DNA of 64,000 nucleotides from Amphiscolops sp. MND2022 (taxonomy: Eukaryota), in the NCBI GenBank assembly GCA_964187785.1, contig OZ076409.1:10232001-10296000 (forward strand), in the 5' to 3' direction. The notes under the pieces are model-generated. The model was not told the origin of the DNA. It saw only the letters and a list, made by a program, of their open reading frames with translations, and made no database searches. Shown here in pieces: positions 23,560-36,472 of the stretch. Every line of letters starts with the position of its first letter. Within the stretch, counting starts at the first letter, position 1. The translations under genes and the position numbers were made by a program.

Positions 23560-26500
23560 CAGGATATAACTGAAATGGTAGACAAACTTACCACGGTCTC
23601 GAACGAGGGTTCTTCTTTTTGGCACTTTGTGCAAACCTCTGACAGTTTGTGACGGTTGCGGGTGAACATAGGTGTTGGCTTTCTCATAGCTGAATAAAAC
23701 ATCACAATTCGGTTCGTCAACATCAGGTCTTCGGCACAAAAAAGAGAGGCGCTCCTCGGGAATTGCTTCCTTCGTGAACCTCACGCCATCCTCGTTGATA
23801 ACCCAGTTACTCCTTCCGAAGAAAGGCTTGGGGCAAAGAAGATATGGTTTTTTTCAGGCCGTCTCCTTGAAAGCGGTGACACAAACATCGTTTACGATGT
23901 TTATGCGCTGTAAACGAGTCCTTGATGAATTCTGGGCAACTCTGAAACAAAACTCGTGATAACACACTATGCTTTTTGATCCTCTTCGTTGATTACCAAT
24001 TTGCTTTTGGTCCCTGTCGTGAGTCACAACGTCATCATGAACATTATGATAACTGCTCAAACTTTGATTTTTATTCATGTCGTGAGTCAAAACACGGCTT
24101 CATTGTACACATACTTTATTCGATCTCTATTTTGATTCAAAACGATTGTGAACTCGGTCAAAAAACATAACTCACAGCAACGGCTTCACTTTCTTGATAA
24201 GGATTCCCAATTACCCTGTGAATTCGAAGGATGTTCGGAGTTATCATGCAACTCTCTCTGATGCTTTGAGCATAAAAACAGCTAGCATTTCCAACATGCC
24301 CGGTAATTTCTCATTATCCCTGAAGGACTCTTCTTCAATGATTGCCTTCATGATCGGATTCGAGAGGCCTTCCGAAAGAATTTCGTCCCTACTGCCACAG
24401 AGTCTCCACTTGTGAGGATTGCACGGATGTACTGAGACGGCATGACGTAAACGTCGCCCGGATTAGGAGTAACCCTGAGACAACCCTCATCCAGTCTTTT
24501 GTGGCACCCAAAAAAATGTTGGCTCAAAAAGAAAACTGTTGGAACTCAGTGAGTATTATCAAAACTTTCGGCGATGCAAAAACAAAATATAGTGCATTGA
24601 AAGTTGGAAATTTTGCATTTACAATGAAAACACGTACGGAAAGTTGTCCCGTGTATTGTTTCCTAATATCAGCAGAACATAATTTAAACTAGAAGTTGAA
24701 GGTAGTATTTAATCTACAGAAGGTGCAAAACAATACAGAAGTAGATGGACACAGAGGCTTAAACTCGTTGATGAATCAATACAACTTACATGTCCCCACG
24801 TTCATGTTTGGACCAGGCCTTGAACAACTCTATGTTGTTTTCAGTTGGTGCAACCAGAAAGAAGGTCTTGGACCCAGCCAAGACTGTATAAAAGATATGT
24901 TGAACTGAAGTCCGTGTGCCAAGTTGTTTGACAACCATCGTAGGAGATCAGCAAGTAGTATGAAGTCGCTACTGAGTACGGTTCTTCTGGCTTACTGACC
25001 AGCTCATTCACAAGGTGGTTCACTGACAACTTTTTAAATCATCGTTGGCACGTTGTAGATGGACTGAAAAGACAAAAAATAAATATAAGTTGAAGAAGTT
25101 GTTTCAAAACAATGTGCATTATGTTAAGTAAAAACCTCAAACTCCAATTTTTAGGCAACGGCTGGAAAACAGGGGGTTGGGGAAAAACAGAAAAGTAGTT
25201 TTCCAGTTGATTCGCGTTTTCCATCAAAGGTGCCCATTATTTACCTTTGGCTGCATGGCGATACCTATAGCGTTTAAAGGATAGTAAATCTTTAACGCTG
25301 CCTATGTCGGCGTTGATGAGCTCCTGCTTGAACTCATCCAGACTGAGGTCGCGACTATGAAATGAAATGCTCAAACGTGACTGAGACGGGAATAGGACGG
25401 GCAACTTTCTCCTCGTTAGAATAGTTCAAATGCAGTTGTTCGACGAGGTGGAAAATGAGCTCACGACAGGGATCAAATTGCAGTTGTTCCAAGTATTTTA
25501 CGAAGTATACAAGCTTCAAATTGAAAGTAAGTCTACCAAAGACTTACTTCTCCAATTTTTGCCGACTTGACATTGATGGTTGCTGCACTTGATTGTAGCT
25601 TGTGGGGAACTAGAAGCTCTTTGACAACTTCAGTGAAGGCGAGTTCTTCCACTTGAGGCAGCTTCAAACCATGGCAACGGTTGACGCCTCCACGCCACAA
25701 AAGAGGCACACTGTGTCTCATCAGGAAAATGAATTTGACATGGTCGTCAACGTTGCCTCCCATTGAGCTACAGGAAACTCGTAGTAGAGGGGCACTTCCA
25801 TCGCGAACTGGAACAATCCATTAGATCCAAACACATCAGGAGGAATATGGTTGAAATCTTCTGGCCTGAATCGCTCCTCAGTGTTACTAGAGGAATCTGA
25901 GCCCAAGTGTACTGCAGCCTGAGCAGTTGTCAGTGTTAGCAAAACTATACATATTCCAATAAAATGAATTTCAGTCACACTTTCACCCTGTAAAACACGG
26001 CGTTTCGAGAATCAAATGGTCAATCAAATCTTTCAACATATGTGATTAAAGAGATAAAAATTAGGACAGGCACTCACATTCGCTCCTTCCAGGCATTGAG
26101 GACTCTTCAAAAGGTGTACGCGCAAGTTATAAGCGTAAACATCTGATTTGACCCAACATCTGATGTAGCATAAGTTAGGCTTCTGCTTCAAGCCTTTTGC
26201 AGCTGCTGTAACATAGAAGTTACATGAATAAAAACACATGTTTTGTTCGAAACCGCGACTATCTTTTCAAAATCATTGAGTTTCTCTTATCGTTTTGGGC
26301 ATGACACACTGATCTTTTCAAAATGTTACAAGTCGATCAATTTTTGACATACCTTGTAATGACTAACCGTACTGGTACATTCGGGTGAGCAGGCCTCCTG
26401 CTTTCCGCTTTTGCTGCTCCTTACAATACTTTGACTTGTAGTGCTTCTTCAGCAGTTTTTGGCGGAATTGATAAGGCCGCAGAGCTGACACGTTCTCTCC

Positions 26501-26790
26501 ATGAGCTTGAACTGCTCTCGTGGCAATCGGGGACAGACTTTGCGGTGGCATAGGATGTTGGACAGCTTGTCCACAACGTCACAAGTGCCTAAAAAGAACT
26601 CCATATGTCAGTTTAAGTTTTTCCGTGAAAGAAATCAGCAAGCTTGATTACGTTATACCACGTTACAGCTTGATCACAAAAATTATTGTTTATCGAACCT
26701 TGGCCGCACTGGACCTTCTCTGGTGTCTTTCGATGAGACGTGGATGGTGTATTTGGCAGTGTTGCCCTTTGATCTCTACTGAAAAATTCC
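23560..26790 (-). pseudogene. Decayed multi-exon JmjC-domain gene (KDM2/KDM7-like core) with Cys/His-rich flanking exons
   Basis: YLLISYDGCQTTWHTDFSS(fs)IFYTVLAGSKTFFLVAPTENNIELFKAW, a GTAAGT donor at ~24789, then FFGC...CLRVTPNPGDVYVMPSQYIRAILTSGDSVAVGTKF; outer limits approximate. Confidence 0.75.
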
Positions 26791-27139
26791 AGAAAGTCAC
26801 TCTTGAGTTATACACCATTCATTATTGTATGAAATTAACTATAAAATGATTGTCAAATATATACATTCAACAACTCACAACAAGTCACACTATTCCAGGA
26901 AGTCACAGTTCCTCATAGATCATTCCTGCGACAACTGTCATAAAACATTCAATAGTAAATAAGGTAACAGAGGGAAAGTCAACTCGATGCAGTCAAAAAT
27001 TGCGCTAACGACGGGGATCAAAATTTCGACTGATGAAATTCTCAGAGAAAACGTCACGGCGAAAAGATATTTCATGGAAGTATAAGTTGAACAGCGATTA
27101 TTTGGATTATTCTATCGTCCTTTATCTACCATAAGTTTA

Positions 27140-27352
27140 AAATCTGCACTGAAATGATAATGAAGCGGTCATAGAGATCTTGTCTGATAAAGTAAGTTAG
27201 TTTTGGATATGCACTGAAAAGATAATGAAGCGGTCAAAGGGACCTTGTCTGATCATAATGGTAAGTTTCAGATATGGACTGAAACGATAATGAAGCGGTC
27301 AAAGGGACCATGTCTGATGAAATAAGTAAGTTTTAGATCTGCACTGAAATGA
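27140..27352. repeat. 65-bp tandem repeat, ~3.3 copies
   Basis: G(C/G)ACTGAAA at 27146, 27211, 27276 and 27341; the first three are followed by GATAATGAAGCGGTCA. Confidence 0.85.
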
Positions 27353-27544
27353 GTCGGTATTGAACGTTGTCTGTTTTCCTCTTCAAGGCGGCCTTTTTAG
27401 TGTATTCTTGTATTTCCGCATTGCTGTGTGGTAATTTAATGAACCATGTCGTTGGGGGGTTGAATGACGTTGTAATTGTGGGGCCATTGACATGTACTTC
27501 ATCTTTTTGAATTTGGCTCTCGCAGACTCATCTACTTCGAAAAC

Positions 27545-29950
27545 ATACCCTTTGGGATCAATCAAGTCCGACCCTGTTTACCACATCGTTTGGAGCAAGC
27601 CTGAGACTTTGTAAAGTCTTCCATTATGTGGGATAGGAATTCCTTTTTCTCCTTTTACTCTTTTTGTTTCGTTTTGGTTGTTTTGCTTTTGTTTCTTTGT
27701 GAAAGAGTGATAGTTTACACGTATATTGTTTCGTGTGTTTGTATTCGTAGGCTCTCATCTGTGACGCAATGTATCCGCGCGTTCTTGGCTATGTGTTTTC
27801 TTCAGTTGGACGCTTCAAGCAATACAGTGTGAGGTTCAAGGAGCAGGGCGATGCTGTTTATTGCTATGTGCGGACGTGGCATGAGTTGCCACTGAAGCGA
27901 GTATGTGTTCTTGTGGAGGACCTTCATGCCCCACTACCTCGTGCTGAGCTGCCATGCTTGTGTCGGTGATCGCCAATAGTGTGGGTGATTTGAAATTCCC
28001 TGTGGCGGTTGTCGGTGGCACTTCGTCATTGATTAACTGTTTGAATGCTGTTTAAGACGATGGGGTGTCATTTGTGCCCTACCCACCCTTTTCACCTGTT
28101 GTTTTGATGGAGTGTATTCAACAGGTTCACCAGGACATCTTCGGTATGATTGACATTGTGACAGTGGTTGATTATCTGATGTCACGTTTGGGTACTGCTC
28201 TCCACGAAGAATGGCTTGATCGTCATGTTGTTATCCGCCGCTCTGTCCGCGCGGGACATGTGCCCTTTGAAAATTTACTTGCTACGGTTGACGATCTCGT
28301 GTCTATGTGGCAGCCCATTCAGCATTTTGTTCGTTATACCGGTCCGACACATATCAAGGAGTAGAAGGTCGATGTGAGTATTGTGTTGACGTAATGTTGA
28401 CGATCGCTTATTGTTGTAGCTGTTTATGTGACATCTTGTTCAGCGTTCCATTCATTATCTTTGCTGATAAGCTAATTCCTCTTAGGTTCGGACTCCTACA
28501 GATGGTCCTAGAGTCTTGTGATTATGTGTGTCGCTATTCATGATTGTAATTGTGGCTGTTTCTGCTTACTTGTGTTTGGCAACTTCCTGCGTTCTTATGT
28601 GGATTGATTCCAATTGTCCTCTTCTCTGTTGTTTTTTCCGCTTTTGTAGTTTGTGGTTTGGTATCTTTGTTTGAAGCTGATGTGTTTAAGTTCACCTGAC
28701 TTTCAAGAAGATGGCACAGCGACGTGACGACTATGGGTTTCATTGTTACAATGAGCTGTGTCACTTTGTTTATCGTCTGCTGGGGAAGACTCGGGTCCTT
28801 GGCAGTTTACCTAGTATCCATCAATGGGAAGGATGTATGACAGTGAAGAAGAACCAGTGAAGAAGATGAGCCCTATAGCTGACGACCTGCTCTTAGTTAA
28901 TCAGCCCTTTGGAGAGGGTCTGTTGGCAGCAAAAAAAGTGGTGCCCGAGAGTTCCGTCTAGAGTGTCGTCGTTTTCTGGATCATCTCGTGGACAAGATTC
29001 TTCAAACTGTCCATTGTTCGTCACCAGTTTCTCAGGGCTTAAACTTCGTTTGCCCAGAATTATTACTTGACGGAGATGACGTTGTCGTACTTTATTTATT
29101 TGCGAATTTTGTGGGCTGTCTTGATCGTTGCGGATTGTTATAGTCAAGCAAAGTTGCTGAGAGCAAGGCTGATTTCTTGTCTTACGTGATGGAAGCTCGG
29201 CAGTAGCATGTGTCTGGAGGGACTGTTTCCAGTGATGTCTAAAAGGTAGTGAGGTATATGATGCGTCAATATGCTTTTCAGTCTCGGCATTGCATTATGC
29301 GGGTGTTTCAGCTGTGCTGTTTATTTGTGTAAACCAACATGTCGTCCCAGCCCTAATTGATTTCGACATTAGCGAGTGTGTCATTTGTCCTGGGTTGCTG
29401 ACATCATGTTTGAGGTGTGTGCAGTCTTTTGTTAGTTCTGCTAGCTACGACCAGTCGTAGGTTTTCTCCTTGACGACTATCGATAAGGTTCGGCAGGCAT
29501 TGGGCGAGGCTGATGCTTTCATGGAGAATGCTTATTTTATTCCTTGGGATGGTGTGTGCACTGGAGATTTCGCTGGTTTGCTTCGTCGATTGGATGCTGC
29601 TTACACTTCTTATTTGCAGGATCAGGTGAAGAGTGCTGAGTCAAATTATAAAGCAGCAAAGGACACAAAAAATTGAGACAAATTGTTAAATTGTTGTTAA
29701 ATTTGAGACAACCCAATCATCTGCTGCTACGTCATCCGTTGCGTCTACCAAGTCCGTCACTAAGCCTCAAGCTGTGAATAATGAATAATGATGGGGGAGC
29801 ATTTGTGAAATCAATTTTTGGTGATGGTGGTTCTTCTTTCAGACGTGTTGTCACTTCTTGTCAGCGTGGTAGAAGACGTGTTCGTCCGAAAAGAGGATCC
29901 GAGTCGCAAAGAGGTTCTTAGTCTTCAAAGTAATCTTTCCTGCCTGTTGA
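27545..29950 (+). pseudogene. Homolog of the antisense spliced gene in element C (3' part)
   Basis: ALICDAMYPRVL vs SVLCQGLVPRVL; ADKLIPLRFGLLQMVLES vs ADKMITYRFGLLKVILDT; acceptors at 27750, ~28443 and 28690; donors at ~27611, 28374 and 28518. Confidence 0.8.
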
Positions 29951-30109
29951 TTGACTTTTATGATTTTTGTTGATTGTTGCGTTGTATATTTATCACAGTT
30001 AGGTTAGTTTGTTCTGAAGTTTGGAATGGAATTTTTTTGATAAACTGATTTTGATTTGAGTTGGTTAAATTTGAAAACCGTCGGGCTGGTTCAGTCTGGA
30101 CTCTGATAT

Positions 30110-33100
30110 TTGTTTTATGTTTCGAGTTATGTCAAGAGCGTCTAGTCGTCGAAAGTCAAGTTTTGTTTTGGGCGTAGGGTTTGGCCTTAAATTGTAATCT
30201 GCCACTTTTCTTGGATTATATCCTATTGAAATGGGAGATGATTCATTTTGGTAGTCTAAGTCGTCTATTGGCGGGGGGTTAGTTATGAAAGGGTTATCAC
30301 CTGCGTCCGTTGTTAAGTTGGAAAAATCCGGAGTTGACTATGTGTCCTCGTCTAATTCGTCGTTAGTGTCAGTTAGGTGGATTTCTTGAACATGTGGTGT
30401 GCTATTGGTTATTTGTTCTGAAGGCGTTATATTCTTGTTTTGGTCTTCAAAATTGGAATCGCTTTGGCGTAGCATTCATTGTGTTGTACTAGTACTTCTG
30501 GGTCGGATAGGTAATCCGTTTGCTTTACTGTGACGTCAGGTAGGCATTGATCTGGTTTGTAGGTACATAAGAGTATTCTGTGTAATGTCTGGGTATATCT
30601 CGTGCCCAGCCTGCGTATGGTGTAGTTGTTGTTTGAGAGGACTTTGACTATTACGTAAGGACCCGTCCATATGCATTCGTTGAACGAGAATTTTGTGGAT
30701 TGGTTATCTGCCTTTGGGTTGAGAATGTAGCAGTATTCGTTGACCTTTAATGGTGTTGCGTCCGCTTTTCTGTCGTAGTAGCGCTTGTATTTGATGTTTG
30801 ACTGCTTTAGGTTCTCTTTGACTAAGTTTTCCACCTCGTTGAGCTGTTTCTGTAGTTGGTCTGCTAATTCTGTGTTACGTTGTTGTTGCCATTGGAGTTT
30901 AGACCCTAGTTTAAGGTCTAGTGCATTGTAGGGAATGCGACCATGGAAGACAGTTGATGGTTCGCAACCTATGCTTTCGTGATATCTTGTATTGTGAATA
31001 ATGACCGCGATTTGTACGTATTTGTGCCACATTGATTTCCTTTCTCCGGGAGATTTTTAGTTCAGTTTTGGTTGAGGCATATGAGTCCTTTCGAGAATGC
31101 CAATTGTTTGTGCATGTTTTGTGGTTGCGTGTCTGATTTCTATGTCTAGGATCTTGGTAATTTCTTGTACCACCTCTGCTGTGAATTGCGATCCCTTGTC
31201 TGAAATTATTGTGGTGGGGAGATAAGCGTGTCTCGTCATGATATCAATGATACATTTTCCCACTGTATGTGCTGTCATGTTTTGCGTTGGGTATGCGAAG
31301 AGATAATTTGAGAATACATCTATCATCGTGATGATGTGTTGGTATCCTGCTGCGCACGGTAAGTTGGACAGTATATCAATCTCGAGTATGTCTTCTCATC
31401 CATTGAGAAATCAGTGGGGTTGATCATTTTGGGGCGTGTTTGTCGTGTACTGATTCGTTTGTATTTGATGCAATCCTGGCAGGTTGTTACGCATTTTTTG
31501 ATGTATCTGGCCAACCCTGGGTGGTAAAATTTCGCTCGGCACCCTTGTATCATCTTTGTAATTCCTGGTTGTTTCACTGTCGCTCCTTGTAAGGTTTTTA
31601 GTAGTTCGGGAATGATTTGTGTTGGTAGTATAGTTTGATGGTGAGTGATTTGGCCACATTCTCAGTAATATTTGCGCATTAGTACTCCATCTTTGATGAT
31701 TATTAGGTTTTCGTGTTTGAGTAGCTTCTGTGCTGTTGGGTTAGTTTTTAGTAAGTGTTCGTCATGTTCTTCGTTCGATAGTTTGGCCTTGATTGTTTCA
31801 GTATGATGTCTGCGTCCTGTTTGTTCCTGATTCGTGCGTCCTCTTTGATGGCTCCTAGTGTGAAAGATTTTTTGTGGATGGGTATTATATTGGTTTCTTG
31901 GATTGTTGCTGTGATTTGGGCTCGTTCTTTGGCATGTTGTTTTCTAGGTAGCGTTTTTTGTCAGTCTCGCTTGTTTCGTCGGGTAAGAAGAACCGTTGTT
32001 CTTCTTCTGCCACATTGTTTGATTGCATTTTTATTTGTATGGGGAGGGTTTGTATATCTTCCGGGATGGTGAGTTCGATTTTTTCTTTTGATGTTAGTTC
32101 CAATCGAGAAAAAAAATCTGCTGCCGTGTTGAACGTTCCTGCAACGTGTGTGATTCTAAAGGTGAATTGGAGGATGTAATCGCAGGCGTTCCATGAAGTC
32201 GGTGGTATTGCTTTTATTTGGGAGAATCCGGTGACATATCTGTTATCCGTCATGACTAATGTGGGTAGTGTGGTTTCCCATAGTATATGGTTATACTCGA
32301 GGAATGCATGATAAATTGATGGGAATTCTTTGCAGTATAAAGACATTTTGAGTTGTGCTGGCAAGAACACTTTTGAACCAAACGCTACTGGGCGAAGGTT
32401 TTCTTTTTGGAAGTTAATTTTTTCTCATCTTGTTCTTCTATCATTAGTGCGAATCCCGATGTTCTAAAGCTGGCATCTGCCATGATGCGGTATGGCGTCC
32501 TGTGATAGGCTGTTTAAGTGCTTGTCCACAGGCGTCTGCTAGTGCTGTGTTGAACACCTTGTAGTCATCTAGTGTTTCCTCTGTGACTCTTAGCTGTGTT
32601 TCATTTTTAAGAAGTTCGTAGAATTGCCTCAATTTCTTTGATAGTCTCGGTATATAGTTTCGATAATAGTTGATGAATCCAATGTATCGTTAGACTTGTT
32701 TTCGTGTCTTCGGGAACCGTACCTTGGCAAGGAATTTTTTGATTTTGTGGTCTTGAGGGGCTATTTCAAGGGTAGTGATTGTTCTCCCAAGGAGTTCTAC
32801 TTTGATTTCTCCGAAGTGGCATTTTTTGTATTGTTAGTTTTAGGCCTGCATTGCGTATGCACTCAAAGACTGCTCGGATGATGTGTATTAAATGGGCGAC
32901 CGTGTTGGCTGCGATGCCAAAGTCGTCAACGTTTTGAGCACCTTGGTCTGCTTTTTTACTTTATCCAGGTATTCCCTCATGAAACTGGAGAATGCTGAAA
33001 AGGCTCTGCTGGGTCCTTGCGCTAGTCGTTTATAGGCGAAGGTTCTACTGCTGAAGTTGAACGCCAAGAGTTCGACTGATCGCTGGTCGGCTATTTGATG

Positions 33101-36071
33101 GCAATGGTACGCTTGAGAACAATCGAGTTTGCAGAATAGTTTTATCACTGCTAGGTGCTGGGCTGCGTCTGAGAGTGTGATCATGGGATGGTTTTTGTTT
33201 ATGTAGTCGTCTGATACCAATGCGTTTATTTACCTCAGATCTACAAGTAGTCGCAGTTTGCCGTTAGGCTTGCGTTGTGCGAAGATGGGACTTGCGTACT
33301 TGGAGAATGGTAGTGTCGTTATGATGCCATATCTATGCATTAAGGCTAGCTCTACTGTGATGTATTTTTTGAGGTTGTCGGCACGGGTAGACTTTGTGTG
33401 TATACTGGGTTCTAATTCTTTGGATTTAACTTTACTTTGAAATCATTGTTGATGGCTATGTCGAGGCGGTGACGTGCGAAATTGTCGTTGAATTCTATTA
33501 TTTCATCCTCAAGTTGTTGTTTGTCTTCTCCTTGTATGATGGAAGAAGTCCCATTGGAACTTTCTGAGGAAAAGTTTGCGTGACTCGCTATCCTTGGTGG
33601 GATTTAATTTTTCTTCTTGTTCTAGTTCTCTGATTTTTTTGATGATGCGTTATTGAATGGGCGTATCTTCGGCTTCGTTTCCAGGGTTCTCAGGGGTCAC
33701 GAACGAGAATCGGTCTGTTTCAGAAAGGTCAGAAGCAGTTTTCCTTAATTCATTCACATACGTGATTGTGTCGTTGGGGTAATCTAGTAGTTTGAGTGCT
33801 GCGACGTCTATTGGGCGTATGTTTTTTGTGTCATCTGAATTTCGTATTTGTAGTTCAGCTCTTTTTGTGTTGGTGGGTATTGTGTAAGGCGCGTCCGTAG
33901 TGTTCACGACTCTTATTTTGATTTTTTTTGTTATCAGCAGTGGCTAGTGCGGGAGCCACTATGATTTGGGCATCTTCGTCAAATTGGGGTTGTGGTTGTA
34001 TTGTGCCTGTGATAGGGTGTTCAATATTGGTTATAGCTACGGCATTGACGGTTAGAGTTTGTTGTACCGTTGGCCTTTATTTGGATGGGGTGAAGATTGC
34101 GTTTTTTCATTTCGTCCTTCATGGCTAGCGTCATTTCTACATGCGGAACGTCATGGTGCCGTTTGCAGTGTTGAGCAGGGCTTGGTGATTTCTCATGAAA
34201 TTGAGTCCTATTAAAGGAAATGATGTGCGGGACAGTACAACTAAAGTATCTGAAGGTGTACGTTCCAATGTTAAATTGTACGTCTGCTGCTGCGATCCGT
34301 TGTTCTATTTGTGCATTTGCACACTCAATTCGGAAAGGAGGTTGGGGGTTGCTTTTATGGTGCAATTTTCGGTGTTGTTTTCGATCAGGATATAGTCTGG
34401 ACATGATATGGCCGTCAATTGTTTTTTCTCCGAACTCGAGTGGGATATTGAGCATGCGTCTCCTCTTTTTGAGGGGGATCGTGGACATTAGTGTTATGTA
34501 GTTGTTGTTGTCCTTGTGGATGATGATTTCTTTTATGAAACTGAGTGATGCTGGAAGGTCAAGGTCGCTAAGGTGTTGTTGGTCAGTTGTTGTTGTTGTT
34601 TGGACAAAGCTTCGGTAGTGACTGGGAAGTCATATTGATGTTGAGTATTTGTGTTTAGAGTATTCGATGGTGCTAGTTTTTGTCGTGTTTTTGTTGGTTT
34701 GGTGATCGTCATTGTGTTCTGATGTCGGGGGAAGGAGACGTTTGGTTGTCATGTATTTGTCCTCTGCCTCTGTTATCCATGGTGGTTTTTTTGGTGAGAG
34801 TGTCTGGAAATGTACTTTTTGATTGCTGCTATTTCCCGTCTTCTTTGCCAATCTTGTGTTGGATGCCCGCTGCAGATTTGACTTGAGTCGTGATTGTATT
34901 GCGTCGTGGGGTCTTCGATTGAATATGCACTCGCATCTACCTTGTCCCCGAATCGCAGTCGCGGCATTTTGAGTGTTTTGCCTCTTCGTTTGTAGTGATG
35001 CTGGTTGTTTTGTCAGCGTTTGGGGGTGCAGCGTTGTGTCGTTTGGGACGCGGGTCGTTGGCTGCGTTGGCGCAATTCCAGCAATCCTCTGTTTTATGGT
35101 GTTTTCTGCAGGTTTCGCATTTTGGTTTGGGTGGTCGATGTGTATTGGTTTGTCCGTTTTGTTTTCTCGTTTCACGCCATTTGTCCCGTTTAAGCTTTCG
35201 GCAATGGGCTTTATATTGTCCATATTTGTTGCAGTAGAAACAGCAGCCTCGTTTTGGTTCAAGTTTCGTGGTTGATGCCGGTGTTGTTTCAATGTGGTTT
35301 AGTGGGACTAAAGTGACGTCGTCAGGTGCACCTAGACCGTTAAATCGCATTTCTATTTCGAGATGGAGAACAAGGTCGTTGTAAGGTTTGTCCTCTAGGT
35401 ATGCGTGGTTGAGTATCTTTTTCACGTGGTCAGGATTTTTTGCATATATTGCCTTGTCGATAAAGTGTTGGGCTTCCGCTCCAAACGCTTCTCTCGCTGT
35501 TTTTTGTAATGAGTCGTGGAATTCGTGTATTTTTTGAGTGGATGGGTCGAATTTAAGTGGGTCGATTTTTTAAGTCGATTTTTTAAATGTTGAATTTATC
35601 CCATTCGCACCTGGGCTTTTGCCATTGATAAGTAGTCTCCAAATTGACGTATAGTGTGGTCAAGGTTGCGAAAAGCTTGTAAAGCCTCGCCTCGTAGGAG
35701 GGAGTGAAAGTAGTTTATCTTCTGTATTTCATTGAGGTGGGGATACATTTTGAGGTTTTTTTGAAAAAAATCTTTGAACATTTCGAAATTTTCGCATTTA
35801 TTGTCGAAAGTTGGTAGTGAAGTTGTGAGGGCCTTGGGGATGGGGAATGCATTGTTGGCGTCCATTTGGCTTGATGTGCTGAATAGTGTTTTGGTGATGT
35901 TTGGACGTTCCTTGGCTGGGGATTGGCTTTGTGTGCGCCTTTCGTTTTTTTGTTGGGGTGAGTGGGGCCGTTAGGGACTCCTGTCACCAAGTTACGAGAA
36001 CAACTGGGTTCAAGATTTTCCACGTTGTTAAAGCGTAGGGTCTTATTAGGTGAAGAGCGTGTTCTAACTGG
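30110..36071 (-). pseudogene. gag-pol of element C, heavily fragmented
   Basis: Fragments KINYFHSLLRGEAL, CFYCNKYGQYKAHC, LFCKLDCSQAYH, SDKGSQF and MWHKYVQIAV match element A. Confidence 0.9.
35975..35989 (-). promoter_or_regulatory. Primer-binding site of element C
   Basis: TGGTGACAGGAGTCC, identical to A; the adjacent LTR end reads AGTTACGA (A has TGTTACGA). Confidence 0.75.
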
Positions 36072-36472
36072 TGAGCTGTTAAAAAGTTGTGTGGTGGTTT
36101 CCTTTAGAAGAGTTAGAACTGACATAAGAAGTCTAAGATTTTAACAGCAGAGTCGTCTTATCTTTTATCTTGTAGCTAGCTAGTTCTGAGTACAATCTAT
36201 TTCTGAGATCTCAGTTCTTGAAGTATGGGAGGAAGACTGATTGCTAGGATGAATTCTCAATTTCTCCGAGTAGATATATTCTATTAACTAGGGTAGGTTA
36301 CATCAATTAACAATGTGACAGCAACAGGATGAAGCATGGGAGTTTGATACAGGATCTATTAAATGAAGTTTCTTAGCTTCTAAATTAGATTACATTTACT
36401 AATTGAGTTGGTTAAGAGTTCAGAGTATTTCAAATTTATAGAATCTTTGAGGACATGCATCATGGCATCACA
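36072..36472 (-). repeat. 3' LTR of element D
   Basis: TGAGCTG...CATCACA; 6 substitutions vs 53612-54012 by manual count (~98.5%). Confidence 0.95.

Noticed and set aside
27300..27352. Hammerhead ribozyme (CTGATGA...GAAA) in the 65-bp repeat
   Set aside because: CTGATGA occurs in one unit only (the others read CTGATAA and CTGATCA), and no stem II can form.
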